DNA of 64,000 nt, taken from NCBI GenBank assembly GCA_965228875.1, contig OZ245843.1:4417971-4481970 (forward strand). The letters run 5' to 3'. The position numbers and the translations under genes are program-made. Source of the stretch: Thalassobaculaceae bacterium. Lineage in GTDB: Bacteria; Pseudomonadota; Alphaproteobacteria; Thalassobaculales; Thalassobaculaceae. Under the pieces are notes generated by a model that was not told the origin of the DNA, made no database searches, and saw only the letters and a list, made by a program, of their open reading frames with translations. Below, piece by piece: positions 45,234-56,436 of this stretch. Every line of letters starts with the position of its first letter. Position 1 is the first letter of the stretch.

Positions 45234-46673
45234 CTAAAGCCGACGGCCGGTCTCCGTCCCGGCATTCGCCAGGTCCATCAGGTCGCGGGCAATGGCGGCG
45301 AAGACGCTCGGCCAGTCGCCAGGTGCTGGCTGTCGGTACAGGCGCGCCGTCGGATACCACGGGCTGTCGGCACGGCCGGTCATCCATCGCCAGTCGGCGT
45401 TGCGTGCCAGGGCGATCCAGACGGGGCGGCCCAGCGCACCCGCCAGATGCGCGGTCGACGTACAGGTCGTGATGATCAAGTCGAGCCGTTCCATGGCGAT
45501 CGCGGTATCGACGAAGCTCCCTATCCGCCGGTTCAGCCGGATAACCGTCGGCGGTGCGGTGTCCGCCGCCGCCTCGGCCGCCCCTTTCTGCAGGCAATGG
45601 AACCGCACGCCCGGAATGGCGAGGACGTCATCCCAGTCGGCGATCCGGGTCGAGCGGTCCCGGTCGCCGGGGTAGTCCGGGTTGCCGGCGAAGACGAAGC
45701 CGACATTGAGGGTGCCGGGCGCGATCTCCGGGGTCTCGAATGCCGCCCCCGGCGGAACGGACAGATAGGGCGTGTCCGTCGACAGATCGGCCTCGCTGGC
45801 GACACCGAGAGCGTGGGGCAGGGACAGCAGGGGCATATGGAGGTCGATGGGCGGTCGCCGGGCGCCGAGGGCGATGACCCGGTCGATGCCGGGCAGTCTT
45901 TCGAGCAACGGAATCAGCTCGGGTCGACTTTCCAGGATCAGCCTGCCGTCTCGACCTTTGCGCCGGGCGGCGCGCGGCAGGAACCGGGCGAACTGCAGGG
46001 CGTCGCCGAAGCCCTGCTCGGCGGAGACGAACAGGGTCCGGCCGTCGAACGGGCCGCCGTCCCACTGCGGAACGGCGAAGCTGCGTCGTTTCGGGCTGTA
46101 CCGGTCGCCGTGCCAGCGCGCCTCGAAGGCGGCGAAGCCGTCGCGCAGGCGCCCCGCCTTCAGGAGCGCCATGGACAGGTTCCAGCGCAGTGTGGCGTCG
46201 TTCGGCGCGATCGCCATGGCGCGGCGGTACAGGTGGGCGGCCACGTCCAGCCGGTCGCCGAGTCGCAGGAGGTTGGCGAGGTTGCGCAGCGCCGTCGGGT
46301 CGTTCGGGGCGAGGCAGAGGGCGCGGCGGAAGGCTCCCAGCGCCCGCGCGCCGTCGCCGAGTTCCCGCCATGCCGCGCCGAGGTTCGAGTACAGGGCCGA
46401 TCGCGGTCCGAAATGGATGAGGCCTCGCCGAAAGGCAGCGGCGGCGGCTTCGAACCGGCCGGCTCGGAACAGCAGATTGGCGTAAAGGAGCTCGCTGTCC
46501 CTGTCGCCCGGATCGAGCGTCAGCGCGCGCCTGTAGACGAGCGCGGCATGGCCCGCATTCCCCGACCGTTCCAGCGTCAGGGCCAGAGCCTTTCGCGATC
46601 GACGCCCGTCGGGACCGGTCCGCCAGAGAGCGTCCGGCGCGCCCTGGCGGACGGCCGGGAGTCGATCCGTCAT
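45234..46673 (-). CDS. TPR-repeat / glycosyltransferase family 9-like protein
   Basis: TPR repeats; PQWDG...EQGFGDALQFARF...DLIITTCTSTAHLAGALGRPVW...DWRW...SPWYPTARLYRQ. Confidence 0.88.
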   Translation of the reverse strand: MTDRLPAVRQGAPDALWRTGPDGRRSRKALALTLERSGNAGHAALVYRRALTLDPGDRDSELLYANLLFRAGRFEAAAAAFRRGLIHFGPRSALYSNLGAAWRELGDGARALGAFRRALCLAPNDPTALRNLANLLRLGDRLDVAAHLYRRAMAIAPNDATLRWNLSMALLKAGRLRDGFAAFEARWHGDRYSPKRRSFAVPQWDGGPFDGRTLFVSAEQGFGDALQFARFLPRAARRKGRDGRLILESRPELIPLLERLPGIDRVIALGARRPPIDLHMPLLSLPHALGVASEADLSTDTPYLSVPPGAAFETPEIAPGTLNVGFVFAGNPDYPGDRDRSTRIADWDDVLAIPGVRFHCLQKGAAEAAADTAPPTVIRLNRRIGSFVDTAIAMERLDLIITTCTSTAHLAGALGRPVWIALARNADWRWMTGRADSPWYPTARLYRQPAPGDWPSVFAAIARDLMDLANAGTETGRRL

Positions 46674-46713
46674 GGCTGCGTCGGCACAGGGCGTTCCGCC
46701 GTGGCGGTCGGAG

Positions 46714-49005
46714 TCAGCCGCATTTCGAGTAGCCGCAGGCGGTGCAGAGGTCGCACCCTTCCTGCTTGATGAGCGCGACCGAGCCGCAGCTCGGGCACTG
46801 GCCGGGAGCGCCGCCCAGGTTCACGACCGCCTTGACCGTGCCCGTTGTCGCGGCGGCCTTCCCCGGGCCGTCGGGTGCCTTGAGGAACCCGATCGCGACC
46901 ATGTGCTCCTCGATCACGTCGCCGATCGCGGCGAGCAGGGACGGGACGTAGCGCCCCTTCACCCACTGGCCGCCGCGCGGATCGAAGACGGCCTTGAGCT
47001 CGTCGACCACGAAGCTGACATCGCCGCCGCGGCGGAACACCGCGCTGATCATCCGGGTCAGCGCGACCGTCCAGGCGAAATGCTCCATGTTCTTGGAGTT
47101 GATGAACACCTCGAACGGACGCAGGCGCCCGTCCTGCTCGATGTCGTTCACGGTGATGTAGATCGCGTGGTCGCTGTCGGCCCACTTGATCTTGTAGGTG
47201 GCGCCCGGCAGCGTCGCCGGCCGGTCCAGCGGTTGCATCAGGTGGACCACCTCGTGGTGGGGCTCGCCATCGCCGGTCGTGGCGGGCACCGCCTTCTCCG
47301 GCTCCTCGCGCTTGGTCGCGAGTACCGACCCGGTCACCTGGTTCGGCCGGTAGGTAGTGCAGCCTTTGCAGCCGAGCCGGTAGGCCTCGCGATAGACGTC
47401 CTTGAACGTCTCGAAGGCGATGTCCTCCGGCACGTTGATCGTCTTGGAGATCGAGCTGTCGACGTATTTCTGCACGGCCGCCTGCATGACCACGTGATCG
47501 CGCGGACTCAGGCTCTGGGCATCGACGAACGCGTCGGTCAGTTCCGCCGTCTCGCCCTTCAGCCGCCGGAAGAGACGGTAGGCGAAATCGCTCACCTCCT
47601 CGGTCTTCCTGGTGCCGTCCGGCATGAGAACCGTGCGGTCGTAGGTGAAGCTGAAGACCGGCTCGAGCCCGCTGGAGACGTTGTCGGCCAGGAGCGAGAT
47701 GGTGCCCGTGGGCGCGATCGAGGTGACCAGGGCGTTGCGGATGCCGTGTTCGGCAATGCCCGCCTTCAGGTCGTCGTCCAACTCGGCGACGCTCTCGCCG
47801 GCGAGATAGGCCTCGCGGTCGAACAGCGGGAAGGCGCCCTTCTCTGCGGCGAGGTCGACCGACGCCCGGTAGGCGTGGCGGCGGATGGCGTCCATCCATT
47901 TCTCGACCGTGGCGACCGCCTCCGGCGATCCGTAGCGCAGACCGCACATGATGAGCGCGTCCGCAAGGCCGGTCACGCCAAGGCCGATCCGGCGCTTGGC
48001 CTGCGCCTCGCGGCGCTGCTCCTCCAGCGGGAAGCGCGAGACGTCGACGACGTTGTCCATCATCCGCACCGCGACCGGCACAGCCTCGGCCAGCGCTTCC
48101 TCGTCGAGGCAGGCGTCGGGTTCGAACGGATGGCGCACGAACGTGGCGAGGTTCATGGAGCCCAGCAGGCAGGCGCCGTAGGGAGGCAGCGGCTGCTCGC
48201 CGCACGGGTTGGTGGCCGCGATGGTCTCGCAGTAGGCCAGATTGTTCCGGCGGTTGATCCGGTCGATGAAGATCACGCCCGGTTCCGCCACGTCGTAGGT
48301 GGCGGTCATGATCCGGTCCCACAGGTCGCGGGCGCGCAGCGTGCGGTAGACGGTGCCGTCGAACACCAGGTCCCAGTCGCCGTCGGCCTCCACCGCCGCC
48401 ATGAACGCGTCGGTCACCAGGACCGACAGGTTGAACATGCGCAGGCGGGCCGGGTCGCGTTTGACCTCGATGAAGCTCTCGATGTCCGGGTGGTCGCAGC
48501 GCAGGGTCGCCATCATCGCCCCGCGGCGCGAGCCGGCGCTCATGATGGTGCGGCACATGGCGTCCCAGACGTCCATGAAGGACAGCGGCCCGGAGGCGTC
48601 GGCCCCGACCCCCTCGACCGGCGCGCCCTTGGGGCGGATGGTCGAGAAATCATATCCGATGCCGCCGCCCTGCTGCATGGTGAGGGCGGCTTCCTTCAGC
48701 GCGTCGAAGATCCCGCCCATGCTGTCGGGGATCGTCCCCATGACGAAGCAGTTGAACAGTGTCACCGCCCGCCCGGTGCCGGCCCCGGCGACGATCCGTC
48801 CGGCCGGCAGGAACCGGAACCCCTCCAGCACCTCGCGGAACCGCGCCGTCCAGCGCGCCCGATCGCGGGGCTTTTCCGCCTCGGCCAGCGCGACGGCCAC
48901 CCGGTTCCAGGTGTCGCCCATTGTCGTGTCGACAACGGTGTCGCCCGCCTTCAGGCGGTATTTCATGTCCCAGATCTGCGTGCTGATCGGCGCGAGATCG
49001 TTCAT
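46714..49005 (-). CDS. nrdJ: Adenosylcobalamin-dependent (class II) ribonucleotide reductase
   Basis: TLFNCFV, TNPCGEQPL, IAPTGTIS, VDSSISKT; C-terminal TSCPD-like domain and CxxC...CxxC ribbon; no nrdB nearby. Confidence 0.93.
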   Translation of the reverse strand: MNDLAPISTQIWDMKYRLKAGDTVVDTTMGDTWNRVAVALAEAEKPRDRARWTARFREVLEGFRFLPAGRIVAGAGTGRAVTLFNCFVMGTIPDSMGGIFDALKEAALTMQQGGGIGYDFSTIRPKGAPVEGVGADASGPLSFMDVWDAMCRTIMSAGSRRGAMMATLRCDHPDIESFIEVKRDPARLRMFNLSVLVTDAFMAAVEADGDWDLVFDGTVYRTLRARDLWDRIMTATYDVAEPGVIFIDRINRRNNLAYCETIAATNPCGEQPLPPYGACLLGSMNLATFVRHPFEPDACLDEEALAEAVPVAVRMMDNVVDVSRFPLEEQRREAQAKRRIGLGVTGLADALIMCGLRYGSPEAVATVEKWMDAIRRHAYRASVDLAAEKGAFPLFDREAYLAGESVAELDDDLKAGIAEHGIRNALVTSIAPTGTISLLADNVSSGLEPVFSFTYDRTVLMPDGTRKTEEVSDFAYRLFRRLKGETAELTDAFVDAQSLSPRDHVVMQAAVQKYVDSSISKTINVPEDIAFETFKDVYREAYRLGCKGCTTYRPNQVTGSVLATKREEPEKAVPATTGDGEPHHEVVHLMQPLDRPATLPGATYKIKWADSDHAIYITVNDIEQDGRLRPFEVFINSKNMEHFAWTVALTRMISAVFRRGGDVSFVVDELKAVFDPRGGQWVKGRYVPSLLAAIGDVIEEHMVAIGFLKAPDGPGKAAATTGTVKAVVNLGGAPGQCPSCGSVALIKQEGCDLCTACGYSKCG

Positions 49006-49007
49006 CG

Positions 49008-49025
49008 AATCCTACATGTAGTAGA
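49008..49025. promoter_or_regulatory. Probable NrdR box
   Basis: Palindromic core CTACATGTAG (49012-49021) fits the CwAyATrTwG core, just upstream of the nrdJ start; no clear second box. Confidence 0.55.
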
Positions 49026-49228
49026 TGGTGGGGCTAAATAATAATGTATATCGGCATGCCGTACCGCACAAGAACGGCGGCGAACGGTCATTTATGGAAA
49101 ATTTAATGATTATGCTGATGTTAACGATTTCCTCCTAGGGTTGTTGTCGGATGTCGCGGACCGGAACGGTCCGCCGACAGGTCCAGCCCAACCGACGGAG
49201 AACGACCCTGGAACTGTCGCCGGAAAAT

Positions 49229-51019
49229 ATGGTCGACACCGTGGCGACACAAAAGCCCCGACGGGCGCGGGTGTCGCGTCGGGCCATGGCGTTTGTCGCA
49301 CTCCTGACAATGGCCGGCGTCATCGCTTCGATCTCCTGGGGGGCCCGCCTTGCCGCCACCGCGCGCGACGGCTGGTTCGAGCGTGGGCGTCAGGCGAGCG
49401 TCGAGCTGTCCTCGGCGGTCGACACTGCACTGCTTCAGATCGACGCCCAGATCCGCGCGCTCGCGGTCCTGTTCCACAGTTCCGCGCAGGTCGATGCCGA
49501 CGAACTGGCGGAGGCCGAGAGTAGGCTGTCGGGGGACGGGCTCAACGTCGCCCTGTCGGGCCTCGCCTTCGCCGTGCGGCGCGATGGGCGGGACGTCTCA
49601 GAACTCGCCGTCGGGACTCTTGTCCGATCGGCGACTGCGGCGGATGCGGACGCGATCGCGCCGGGTGCCGCCCTTCATTTTCCGATTGCGCTGGCCGGTC
49701 GACGGGACTCCCCGTTCCGTCGCGGCATGGACCTGATGGGGCACGAGGCATTGCAGGCCATGGCGATGTCCGCCGTCAGCATGCCCGGCGCGGCGGTGAT
49801 GAGCCCGGCCTTCGCGATGGACGGCGTCTGGTATGCCGGTTTCGCGGTCGCGGTCCCGAACGGTCCGGAAGACGGTCTGCTCTTCGGCGTGCTGCGCCTG
49901 GACGACCTGTTCGCCCGCACTGTCCGCTGGAAGCCGGACGGCATCGAGCTTCGTCTGATGCAGCGACCCAGCGCCTGGGCCGCCCGGTCGTCGCCTGTTC
50001 TTGTCCATGGCGTGGCGACTCCGCCGACGGACGCCGTCGCGACCTTCGATCACCGTTTCACCCATGGCGAGGCCCGCTGGCACCTGCAATGGAGCCTTCT
50101 GCCGACCTATCTCGGCGGTCCGGATCTGGTGCCGGCCAGGCTGGTGGGGGGTGGCGGCGCTGTTCTCAGCCTCATGGTGGGGCTGGCTCTCTGCCTGCTG
50201 ATCCATCAGAACGCCCTGATCCGCCGCCGGGTCGACGACCGGACTGCTGAACTCAGCAAAGCCCTGGAGATGGCGGAGCAGGGCAGCAGGGCCAAAACCA
50301 ATTTCCTGTCGGTGATCGGGCACGAGTTGCGCACGCCCCTGAACGCCGTCATCGGGTTCTCCGATCTGCTGGAGGCCATGCAGACTTCCCCGGAGGCGCG
50401 AAGCTATCTCGGATTCGTACAGGCCGGCGGGCGCCATCTCCTGCGTCTCGTCAGCGATCTTCTGGAGATCGCCCAGGCCGAGTCCGGCGAACTGGCGCTG
50501 AACGAGAGCACCGTGGCGCTGTCGGACCTGATCGGCGAGGCGGTGCGGGCGGCCGCACCGCTGGCGGTACACTCCGGGGTCGCGCTCGAAATCCGGCTCG
50601 ATGACGACCTGCCGCCTGTGCGGGGCGATCCCGACCGGCTCCGGCTGATCCTGGACAACCTGCTGCTGAACGCGGTGCGCGCCGCGAGCGCGAACGGCCG
50701 TGTCACGGTCGGGGCGGTCGGATGCGGCGACGGAACCGGCCTGCAGGTCTCGGTATCGGACAGCGGACCGGGTATGACGGAGTCCCAGGTGACCGCGTCG
50801 CTGCGACTCTTCGAGCAGGTCGAGGATCCGATGAACCGGCGCAACGAGGGCCTCGGAATCGGATTGCCGCTCTGCCGCCATCTGATCCGGCTGCACGGGG
50901 GCGCCCTGTCGATCGACACCGGGCCGGGGCGTGGGACGATCGTGATGGTCACCCTGCCGAGGCACCGGGTTCTCCCCAGGCCGGCGGCGCTTGAGCCTCT
51001 CAGGATGCAAGTGCCATGA
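49229..51019 (+). CDS. Membrane sensor histidine kinase (CHASE-like sensor region)
   Basis: Two TM helices; HELRTPLNAVIGFS H-box; NLLLNA, DSGPG, GLGIGL, GRGT boxes; start uncertain. Confidence 0.9.
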   Translation: MVDTVATQKPRRARVSRRAMAFVALLTMAGVIASISWGARLAATARDGWFERGRQASVELSSAVDTALLQIDAQIRALAVLFHSSAQVDADELAEAESRLSGDGLNVALSGLAFAVRRDGRDVSELAVGTLVRSATAADADAIAPGAALHFPIALAGRRDSPFRRGMDLMGHEALQAMAMSAVSMPGAAVMSPAFAMDGVWYAGFAVAVPNGPEDGLLFGVLRLDDLFARTVRWKPDGIELRLMQRPSAWAARSSPVLVHGVATPPTDAVATFDHRFTHGEARWHLQWSLLPTYLGGPDLVPARLVGGGGAVLSLMVGLALCLLIHQNALIRRRVDDRTAELSKALEMAEQGSRAKTNFLSVIGHELRTPLNAVIGFSDLLEAMQTSPEARSYLGFVQAGGRHLLRLVSDLLEIAQAESGELALNESTVALSDLIGEAVRAAAPLAVHSGVALEIRLDDDLPPVRGDPDRLRLILDNLLLNAVRAASANGRVTVGAVGCGDGTGLQVSVSDSGPGMTESQVTASLRLFEQVEDPMNRRNEGLGIGLPLCRHLIRLHGGALSIDTGPGRGTIVMVTLPRHRVLPRPAALEPLRMQVP

Positions 51020-51662
51020 ACCAGCCGGCGACGGTGACCCTCGCGCTGGCGAACAGGTACTTGGAGTATTCGTTCGCCAGCAGCGCCAGGGTTCCGGGGT
51101 AGCGATACCAGCCGTCGAGGCGGACATCCGGCGGTATCACCGGGTGAGGGAACACCTCGACGCCGGGCATCGCGTGCGCGAACTCCAGCCGCGCGCGCGG
51201 CATGTGGTAGTTCGACGTCACCAGAAGCAGGGAACGGCGGTTCCCCACGGTCATCCAGATCTGCGTTTCGCGGGCATTGCCGATTGTGTCGCTGGCGCCG
51301 TAGCCGAGCACCAGGCAGCATTCCACCAGGGCGTCGCTGAGCCGATCGGCACCGTCGGCGAGAAGGGTGCGGATGCCGTTGGCGTCGACCCGCTCGTCGA
51401 CGCCGCTGACGAACAGCACCGGTGCCGCCCGCGCCTCCAGGAGGGCGACCCCCTCATCGAGCCGCCGGCTGCCGCCGGTCAGGACGACGACCGCATCCGC
51501 CTTTCCGGACACGGCCGCCGGGGTGCGGGGAAGCGTGTCGACGAACCGCACCAACCCGAAGCCCCACGTGCCCGCCCCCGCGGCGGCGACGAGAACAAGC
51601 AGCCAGAACAGGCCGCCGATCCTGCGCTCCGGCGAGCGCCGGAACCGGTAGCGGCGAGCCAT
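51000..51662 (-). CDS. YdcF/DUF218 family protein
   Basis: AVVVLTGG...LFVSG...DTIGNARE...LVTSNYHMPRA. Confidence 0.9.
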   Translation of the reverse strand: MARRYRFRRSPERRIGGLFWLLVLVAAAGAGTWGFGLVRFVDTLPRTPAAVSGKADAVVVLTGGSRRLDEGVALLEARAAPVLFVSGVDERVDANGIRTLLADGADRLSDALVECCLVLGYGASDTIGNARETQIWMTVGNRRSLLLVTSNYHMPRARLEFAHAMPGVEVFPHPVIPPDVRLDGWYRYPGTLALLANEYSKYLFASARVTVAGWFMALAS

Positions 51663-51663
51663 C

Positions 51664-52560
51664 TCAGGCCACCCCGGCGAGAGCCGTCTGAACGGAGAGG
51701 CGGGCGGTGGCCATGGCCACCGCCGCGGTGACCGGCGGGAGCAGCACCAGGGCCAGCCACTCGGCCCACCCCAGCCCGACCAGCGACGCGAGGCCCGAGA
51801 CGCCGATATCGACCGATCCGGAGGTCCACTGCGCCACCCCGACCTCGAGGCCGATGATGCTCACCGCCGCGAGGGTCGCGCCCGCAACGCCCCCGATCAG
51901 GGCCAGTCGGCCGGCATGCCACTGGAACTGGCGGGCGATGTAGCGGTCCGGCGCGCCGATCAGGTTGAGAATCTCGATCTCCTCGCGGTGCACGGACAAC
52001 CCGGTGCGCACGGCGAAGATCACCGCCAGGACCACGGCGAACAGCACCACGGCGAGCACGCAGCCTGCGACGATCACCACCGAGTTGCCGAGCGCGCGGG
52101 CCTCGGCGAGCCAGCGCCCGTGGTCGTCCAGCGTGGCGCCGGGAGCGGCGTTGTCGATCCGGGTGCCGAGGCTGGCGAGGTCGACGGTCTGGCCGGTCTC
52201 CAGCCGCAGATCGACGAGAAGCGGCAGCGGCAGGGCGCCGATCAGGTCATCGCCGAGCCATGGCGCCAGCAGCGCGGCGGACCGCGCCGGTGGGACCGGA
52301 TCGATCGAGGCGATCCCCGGCGTCACGCCGAGCAGGCGGATCACCGCGTCCAGGCGTTCCTGCTGGCTGATGCCGTCCACCGGCGGGATCTGAACGGTCG
52401 CGGCTCCGGACAGCCGGGCGTCCCAGTCGGTGACGAAACCGCGCGCCGCCATGGCGCCGACGGTCGCCAGGGCCGCCAGGTAGACCATGACCGCCAGAAG
52501 GCCGGGCAGAAAGCGGGTCGAGGAGTCCCGCCCGAGGGCGAGGTCGGAATGGCCGATCAT
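51664..52560 (-). CDS. ftsX: Cell division permease FtsX
   Basis: TM, periplasmic loop, three TM; EIEILNLIGAPDRYIARQF; follows ftsE. Confidence 0.9.
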   Translation of the reverse strand: MIGHSDLALGRDSSTRFLPGLLAVMVYLAALATVGAMAARGFVTDWDARLSGAATVQIPPVDGISQQERLDAVIRLLGVTPGIASIDPVPPARSAALLAPWLGDDLIGALPLPLLVDLRLETGQTVDLASLGTRIDNAAPGATLDDHGRWLAEARALGNSVVIVAGCVLAVVLFAVVLAVIFAVRTGLSVHREEIEILNLIGAPDRYIARQFQWHAGRLALIGGVAGATLAAVSIIGLEVGVAQWTSGSVDIGVSGLASLVGLGWAEWLALVLLPPVTAAVAMATARLSVQTALAGVA

Positions 52561-53315
52561 CGGGGGGCGGTCCCGCGGGTCTGCCCGACCTCAGCACCGC
52601 CGTTCCCCGTGTCGCCACGGGGGCGGGGCGGCGGGCGGCGCGTCACGTTGGACGGCGCGCGCCACGTGATCCGGGCATCCTCGAGGTGCAGGCGCGGGTG
52701 ATCGAAACGGTCGACCAGGCCCTCGTTGTGGGTGGCGATGACCACCGTTGTTCCCATCTTGTGCAGTTCTTCGAACAGGTAGAGCAGGCGGACGGCGATC
52801 CGGTCGTCGACATTGCCGGTCGGTTCGTCGGCGAGCAGCAGGGACGGCCGGCCGATGACCGCGCGGGCGATGGCGATGCGCTGCTGCTGACCGCCGGACA
52901 GTGTCGCCGGAAGCGCGTCGAGATGGCCGGACAGACCGACCCAGGCGAGGAGCTCGGGCACATGCTCGCGGATCAGCGCCTCGCGGGTACCGGCGATGCG
53001 CAGTGGCAGGGCGACATTGTCGATGGCCGACAGGTGCGGCAGCAGCCGGAAGTCCTGGAACACGACGCCGATCCGCCGGCGGAACTCGGGGCGCTCCCTG
53101 CGGGAGACCTTGGCAATGTCGCGGCCGAACATGCTGACCTGGCCGGAGACGGGGCGCGCCGCCAGATACATCAGCCGCAACAGCGTAGATTTGCCGGCCC
53201 CGCTGGCGCCGGTCAGGAAATGGAAGGAACCGGGCTCCAGGTGGAACGACACGTCGCGCAGGATGACGGGGCCACCGTCATAGCGCATGAAGACGTTCTC
53301 GAAGCGAACCACCAC
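52557..53315 (-). CDS. ftsE: Cell division ATP-binding protein FtsE
   Basis: GASGAGKST, IGVVFQDFRLL, LSGGQQQR, LLADEPTGNVD. Confidence 0.95.
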   Translation of the reverse strand: MVVRFENVFMRYDGGPVILRDVSFHLEPGSFHFLTGASGAGKSTLLRLMYLAARPVSGQVSMFGRDIAKVSRRERPEFRRRIGVVFQDFRLLPHLSAIDNVALPLRIAGTREALIREHVPELLAWVGLSGHLDALPATLSGGQQQRIAIARAVIGRPSLLLADEPTGNVDDRIAVRLLYLFEELHKMGTTVVIATHNEGLVDRFDHPRLHLEDARITWRAPSNVTRRPPPRPRGDTGNGGAEVGQTRGTAPR

Positions 53316-53442
53316 GTCCCTCGATCAACCGACAGTCTCGAAGCTGCGCGAGTGTGGCCCAAGGGCGTGACGAAAGAAAGGCGTCGCCAAGACGTTATCG
53401 GCCGGCGCCGCATGGGCGAAGCCGGCCGCCAACGGTTCCGGA

Positions 53443-55326
53443 TCAGGCCCGCGCGGAGAGCCGCGCGCCGCCGGTCGGCGCACGACCGCCCCGCGTATCC
53501 TCGTCGAACAGCGAGGCGAGCTGCTCCATCATCGTGCCGCCGAGCTGCTCGGCGTCGACGATGGTGACGGCGCGGCGGTAGTAGCGGGTCACGTCGTGGC
53601 CGATGCCGATCGCCACCAGCTCCACCGGAGAGCGCGACTCGATGTACTTGATGACGTCGCGCAGGTGCTTCTCCAGGTAGTTGCCCGGATTGACGGAGAG
53701 CGTGCTGTCGTCGACCGGCGCGCCGTCGGAGATCACCATCAGGATGCGACGCTCCTCCGGTCGGCCGACGATGCGGTTGTGCGCCCACATCAGGGCCTCG
53801 CCGTCGATGTTCTCCTTGAGGATGCCCTCGCGCAGCATCAGGCCGAGCGACTTGCGCGCCCGACGCCAGGGCGCGTCGGCGGACTTATAGATGATGTGGC
53901 GCAGGTCGTTCAGCCGGCCCGGGTTCTGCGGCTTGCCCGAGGAGATCCAGCGCTCGCGCGCCGATCCGCCCTTCCAGGCGCGGGTGGTGAACCCGAGGAT
54001 CTCGACCTTCACGCCGCAGCGTTCGAGCGTGCGGGCCAGGATGTCGGCGGCGATCGCGGCGATGGTGATCGGCCGGCCGCGCATGGAACCCGAATTGTCG
54101 ATCAGCAGGGTCACCACGGTGTCGCGGAAATCCGTGTCCTTCTCGATCTTGTAGGACAGCGGGTACATCGGCGCCGTGACCACGCGGGACAGCCGGCCGG
54201 CGTCGAGCACGCCCTCGTCGAGATCGAACTCCCAGGACCGGTTCTGCTGGGCCATCAGCCGGCGCTGAAGGCGGTTGGCGAGCTTGCCGATGACGCCCTG
54301 CAGGTGGCTGAGCTGCTGGTCCAGAAGGGCCCGAAGCCGGTTCAGTTCGTCCGGATCGCACAGCGTGTCCGCCAGGACGATCTCGTCGTACTCGCTGGTA
54401 TAGGCGCGATAGCCCTGCTCCTGCCAGTTGCGGCCGTCCATGTTCGGGTGCATGGGCGAGCCGGGGTTGGCCGGTTCCTCGTCGCCGGACCCGGGCTCCA
54501 GGTCCATCTCCTCGGCGTCCTCGCCCTCGGCGCTCTCGTCGCCGGCCTGCATATCGGAGGGGATGGTCTCGGATTCGGTGCCGTCCTCGGTGGTGCCGCG
54601 GGTGCCGCCGTCGCTGGTCTCGTCGACGTCGCCGCCCTCGTCCTCACCCTCGGCCTCGCTGGGGTCGTCGTCGGCCATGCCCTCGTCGCCGACATCCAGG
54701 TCGAGATCGGTGATGAGCTGCCGGGCGGCCTTGGCGAAGGCGCTCTGGTCGTTGATGTGCTTGACGAGCTCGGAGAGGTCGCCGCCGGCCTTCGACTGCA
54801 CCCAGGGGCGCCACAAGTCCAGGACCCGCTGGGCACACTCGGGCGGCGCCTCGCCGGTCATCGACTCGCGCGCCATCAGCCGCATGACGTCGACCAGGGA
54901 GATGTCGTCCTTCTCCGCCCGCTCCAGCCCCTTGCGCTGGAAACTGTCGTCCAGCACGGCCGAGAGATTGGCGGCGACGCCGTCCATGACGTTCGCGCCG
55001 ATGGCCTCGACCCGCGCCTGCTCGATCGCCTCGAAGATCTCGCGGGCGGCCTGGCCCTGCGGCGCCAGCCGGGCGTGGGTCTCGTCGTCGTGGTACTTGA
55101 GGCGCAACGCCATGGAGTCCGCCTCGCCACGCAACCGGGCGAGGGCGGCGGGATCCATGTCCTTGGGCGGCGACGGCAGTCGCGCGCGACTGCCCGCCGC
55201 GCTCGCATGCTCGGCACCGTAGGTGACCTCAAGCTCGGCTTCGCCGGAGATCGCCCGCAGGCAGGCTGCGGTCGACCGCTTGAAATCTTCGAACGCCGGA
55301 TCGTCGGGCGCGCGGTTGCTCCTCAT
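53443..55326 (-). CDS. cobT: Cobaltochelatase subunit CobT
   Basis: [10 protein letters not shown], acidic linker, vWA motif [31 protein letters not shown]. Confidence 0.96.
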   Translation of the reverse strand: MRSNRAPDDPAFEDFKRSTAACLRAISGEAELEVTYGAEHASAAGSRARLPSPPKDMDPAALARLRGEADSMALRLKYHDDETHARLAPQGQAAREIFEAIEQARVEAIGANVMDGVAANLSAVLDDSFQRKGLERAEKDDISLVDVMRLMARESMTGEAPPECAQRVLDLWRPWVQSKAGGDLSELVKHINDQSAFAKAARQLITDLDLDVGDEGMADDDPSEAEGEDEGGDVDETSDGGTRGTTEDGTESETIPSDMQAGDESAEGEDAEEMDLEPGSGDEEPANPGSPMHPNMDGRNWQEQGYRAYTSEYDEIVLADTLCDPDELNRLRALLDQQLSHLQGVIGKLANRLQRRLMAQQNRSWEFDLDEGVLDAGRLSRVVTAPMYPLSYKIEKDTDFRDTVVTLLIDNSGSMRGRPITIAAIAADILARTLERCGVKVEILGFTTRAWKGGSARERWISSGKPQNPGRLNDLRHIIYKSADAPWRRARKSLGLMLREGILKENIDGEALMWAHNRIVGRPEERRILMVISDGAPVDDSTLSVNPGNYLEKHLRDVIKYIESRSPVELVAIGIGHDVTRYYRRAVTIVDAEQLGGTMMEQLASLFDEDTRGGRAPTGGARLSARA

Positions 55327-55358
55327 CGGGGTCCTCGTCGGCCGCGGTTACTCGGCGA

Positions 55359-56366
55359 TCACTCGGCGGCCTTGATGCCGAGCTCGGTGATCTCGTCGCC
55401 GAAGCAGCGCTGGTAGTATTCGGCGACGATGGTCCGCTCGACCTCGTCGCACTTGTTCAGGAAGGTCAGCCGGAAGGCGAGGTTGACGTCGCCGCCGAAG
55501 ATCTCGGTGTTCTCAGCCCAGGTGATCACCGTCCGCGGCGACATGACCGTGGAGATGTCGCCGGCGATGAAGCCGGCGCGGGTGAGATCGGCACAGGCGA
55601 CCATCTTCGAGATCGTCTGCTTGCCGTCGTCGCTCGCGGCGTAAGATGGGCTCTTCGACAGGACGATTCCGACCTCGGCGTCGTGCGGCAGGTAATTCAG
55701 GGTCGTGACGATGTTCCAGCGGTCCATCTGACCCTGGTTGATCTGCTGGGTGCCGTGATACAGGCCGGTCGTGTCGCCGAGGCCGACGGTGTTGGCTGTG
55801 GAGAACAGGCGGAAGAACGGGTTCGGCGTGATCACCTTGTTGGTATCCAGCAGGGTGAGGCGGCCGTCGACTTCCAGCACCCGCTGAATGACGAACATCA
55901 CATCGGCGCGGCCGGCGTCGTACTCGTCGAACACCAGCGCGACCGGGTTCTGCAGCGCCCACGGCAGAATGCCCTCGCGGAACTCCGTCACCTGCTTGCC
56001 GTCGCGCAGCACGATCGCGTCCTTGCCGATCAGGTCGATGCGGCTGACGTGGCTGTCCAGGTTGACGCGAATGCACGGCCAGTTCAGCCGGGCGGCCACC
56101 TGCTCGATATGGGTCGACTTTCCGGTGCCGTGATAGCCCTGGATCATCACGCGGCGGTTCTTGGCGAAACCGGCGAGGATCGCCAGCGTGGTGTCGTGAT
56201 CGAACAGATACGCCTCGTCGACCGCCGGAACATACTCGCTCGGCTCACTGAAGGCCGGGAGTTCGAGGTCGATGTCGAGGTTGAACATCTCTTTGGCCGA
56301 GACCTTGATATCCGGGGTCTCGAGGTGATGGGCGGGCTTGCGCTCGATCACGGTGTCGTTCGCCAT
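55359..56366 (-). CDS. cobS: Cobaltochelatase subunit CobS
   Basis: [37 protein letters not shown]. Confidence 0.97.
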   Translation of the reverse strand: MANDTVIERKPAHHLETPDIKVSAKEMFNLDIDLELPAFSEPSEYVPAVDEAYLFDHDTTLAILAGFAKNRRVMIQGYHGTGKSTHIEQVAARLNWPCIRVNLDSHVSRIDLIGKDAIVLRDGKQVTEFREGILPWALQNPVALVFDEYDAGRADVMFVIQRVLEVDGRLTLLDTNKVITPNPFFRLFSTANTVGLGDTTGLYHGTQQINQGQMDRWNIVTTLNYLPHDAEVGIVLSKSPSYAASDDGKQTISKMVACADLTRAGFIAGDISTVMSPRTVITWAENTEIFGGDVNLAFRLTFLNKCDEVERTIVAEYYQRCFGDEITELGIKAAE

Positions 56367-56436
56367 GGACGAGATCCTGTCTCTCGGGAGTGGGGAGCCG
56401 GTGCTCCGCAGAAGGGGTAGCGTAGCTCTAAGAAGC

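Noticed and set aside
49095..49130. TTAA elements upstream of the histidine kinase (and near 57356-57380) as CtrA sites
   Set aside because: Spacing does not fit TTAA-N7-TTAA.
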